From: Candidatus Saccharimonadota bacterium
Lineage (GTDB): Archaea; Nanobdellota; Nanobdellia; Pacearchaeales; GW2011-AR1
Reading direction: 5' to 3'
Assembly (NCBI GenBank): GCA_026002795.1
Contig: BPGA01000001.1
Location: 1 to 32,000 of the forward strand
DNA: 32,000 bases
Both the position numbers and the translations under genes were made by a program. The notes beneath the pieces are model-generated. The model saw only the letters and a list, made by a program, of their open reading frames with translations, was not told where the DNA came from and searched no databases. Shown here in pieces: positions 31,712-32,000 of this stretch. Within the stretch, counting starts at the first letter, position 1, and each line of letters begins with the position of its first letter.

Positions 31712-31808
31712 TTTTTTAAAAAGGAAAACAAATTTATAAATTATTCGTTAACGTTGTTAAGGTTAACTTTATATAAGCTTTTTTCTTTTTTGAATAAAAG
31801 AGGAAAAA

Positions 31809-32000
31809 ATGGCTTTTTACTTACCAATTTTAGGTGCCGGCGCTTTAGCAGCTGGAACAATTCTTGAAAGAGCTGTTTTAGTAAAAAGGAAAATCGATAT
31901 TAAAACTTATCAAATTGTATCTTTTTTAGCAATAGTCTTATCAATGTTTCCTTTGTTATTGTTTTTCTGGAAAGTCGATGCTGAAGCTTTTGAAATTAAG
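31809..32000 (+). CDS. Partial membrane protein (5' end only), tentatively DMT/EamA-like
   Basis: Open to the window edge: MAFYLPILGAGALAAGTILERAVLVKRKIDIKTYQIVSFLAIVLSMFPLLLFFW... A GAGG lies 7 nt upstream of the ATG. The family call is weak. Confidence 0.4.
   Translation, partial: MAFYLPILGAGALAAGTILERAVLVKRKIDIKTYQIVSFLAIVLSMFPLLLFFWKVDAEAFEIK

Noticed and set aside
1-32000. CRISPR arrays, rRNA genes, IS elements and toxin-antitoxin or restriction-modification type defence genes
   Set aside because: I looked for regularly spaced repeats, transposase, integrase or nuclease motifs and rRNA-like GC-rich stretches, and found none. The only repeats are the junction duplications reported above.

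Overview
AT-rich (about 30% GC), gene-dense window. It is archaeal by content: aIF2-gamma, aIF5B, ribosomal protein S6e, TATA-type promoters at a fixed distance from start codons, and a class-II tRNA-Ser(CGA). It looks like a small-genome, DPANN-like archaeon, but that is inference. I found no rRNA, CRISPR array, transposase or integrase. The left third (1-8300) carries translation and housekeeping genes plus Fe/Mn superoxide dismutase. The centre (8833-14493, + strand) carries a DUF1858-like redox-disulfide protein, DoxX, and a sufB-sufS-sufU-sufC Fe-S operon interrupted by two foreign ORFs, each bracketed by a direct repeat of the operon junction (22 bp perfect and 16 bp perfect). From 14503 to 31711 every gene is on the minus strand, and the theme is extracytoplasmic thiol/metal chemistry. 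That block contains CcdA and a small thioredoxin, three diverged PCYCGC-like Cys-rich ectoproteins, Met/His-rich membrane proteins, a membrane-anchored DsbA, and a CPGC membrane protein. It also contains a C2H2-finger/TM/His-rich protein, TrxB, a glutaredoxin, and an aldehyde dehydrogenase with two tandem saccharopine-dehydrogenase-like paralogs. My top candidate for an undescribed system is a contiguous trio inside this block: an M50 site-2 protease, a C-terminally anchored S8 subtilase, and a two-TM hairpin winged-helix regulator whose start lies 5 nt after the subtilase stop. This architecture resembles S1P/S2P/SREBP regulated intramembrane proteolysis. It sits next to two operons that share a TGAAAC-N2-GTTTCA-type palindrome just upstream of their TATA boxes. 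Second-tier signals are the cassette-like single-gene insertions with junction duplications, two unannotated micro-ORFs (53 aa and 22 aa), a shared C-terminal GMVG[GA]C motif, and a GC-enriched ~92-nt structured element at 8591-8682. All functional calls rest on motif recognition by eye; no database search was possible.
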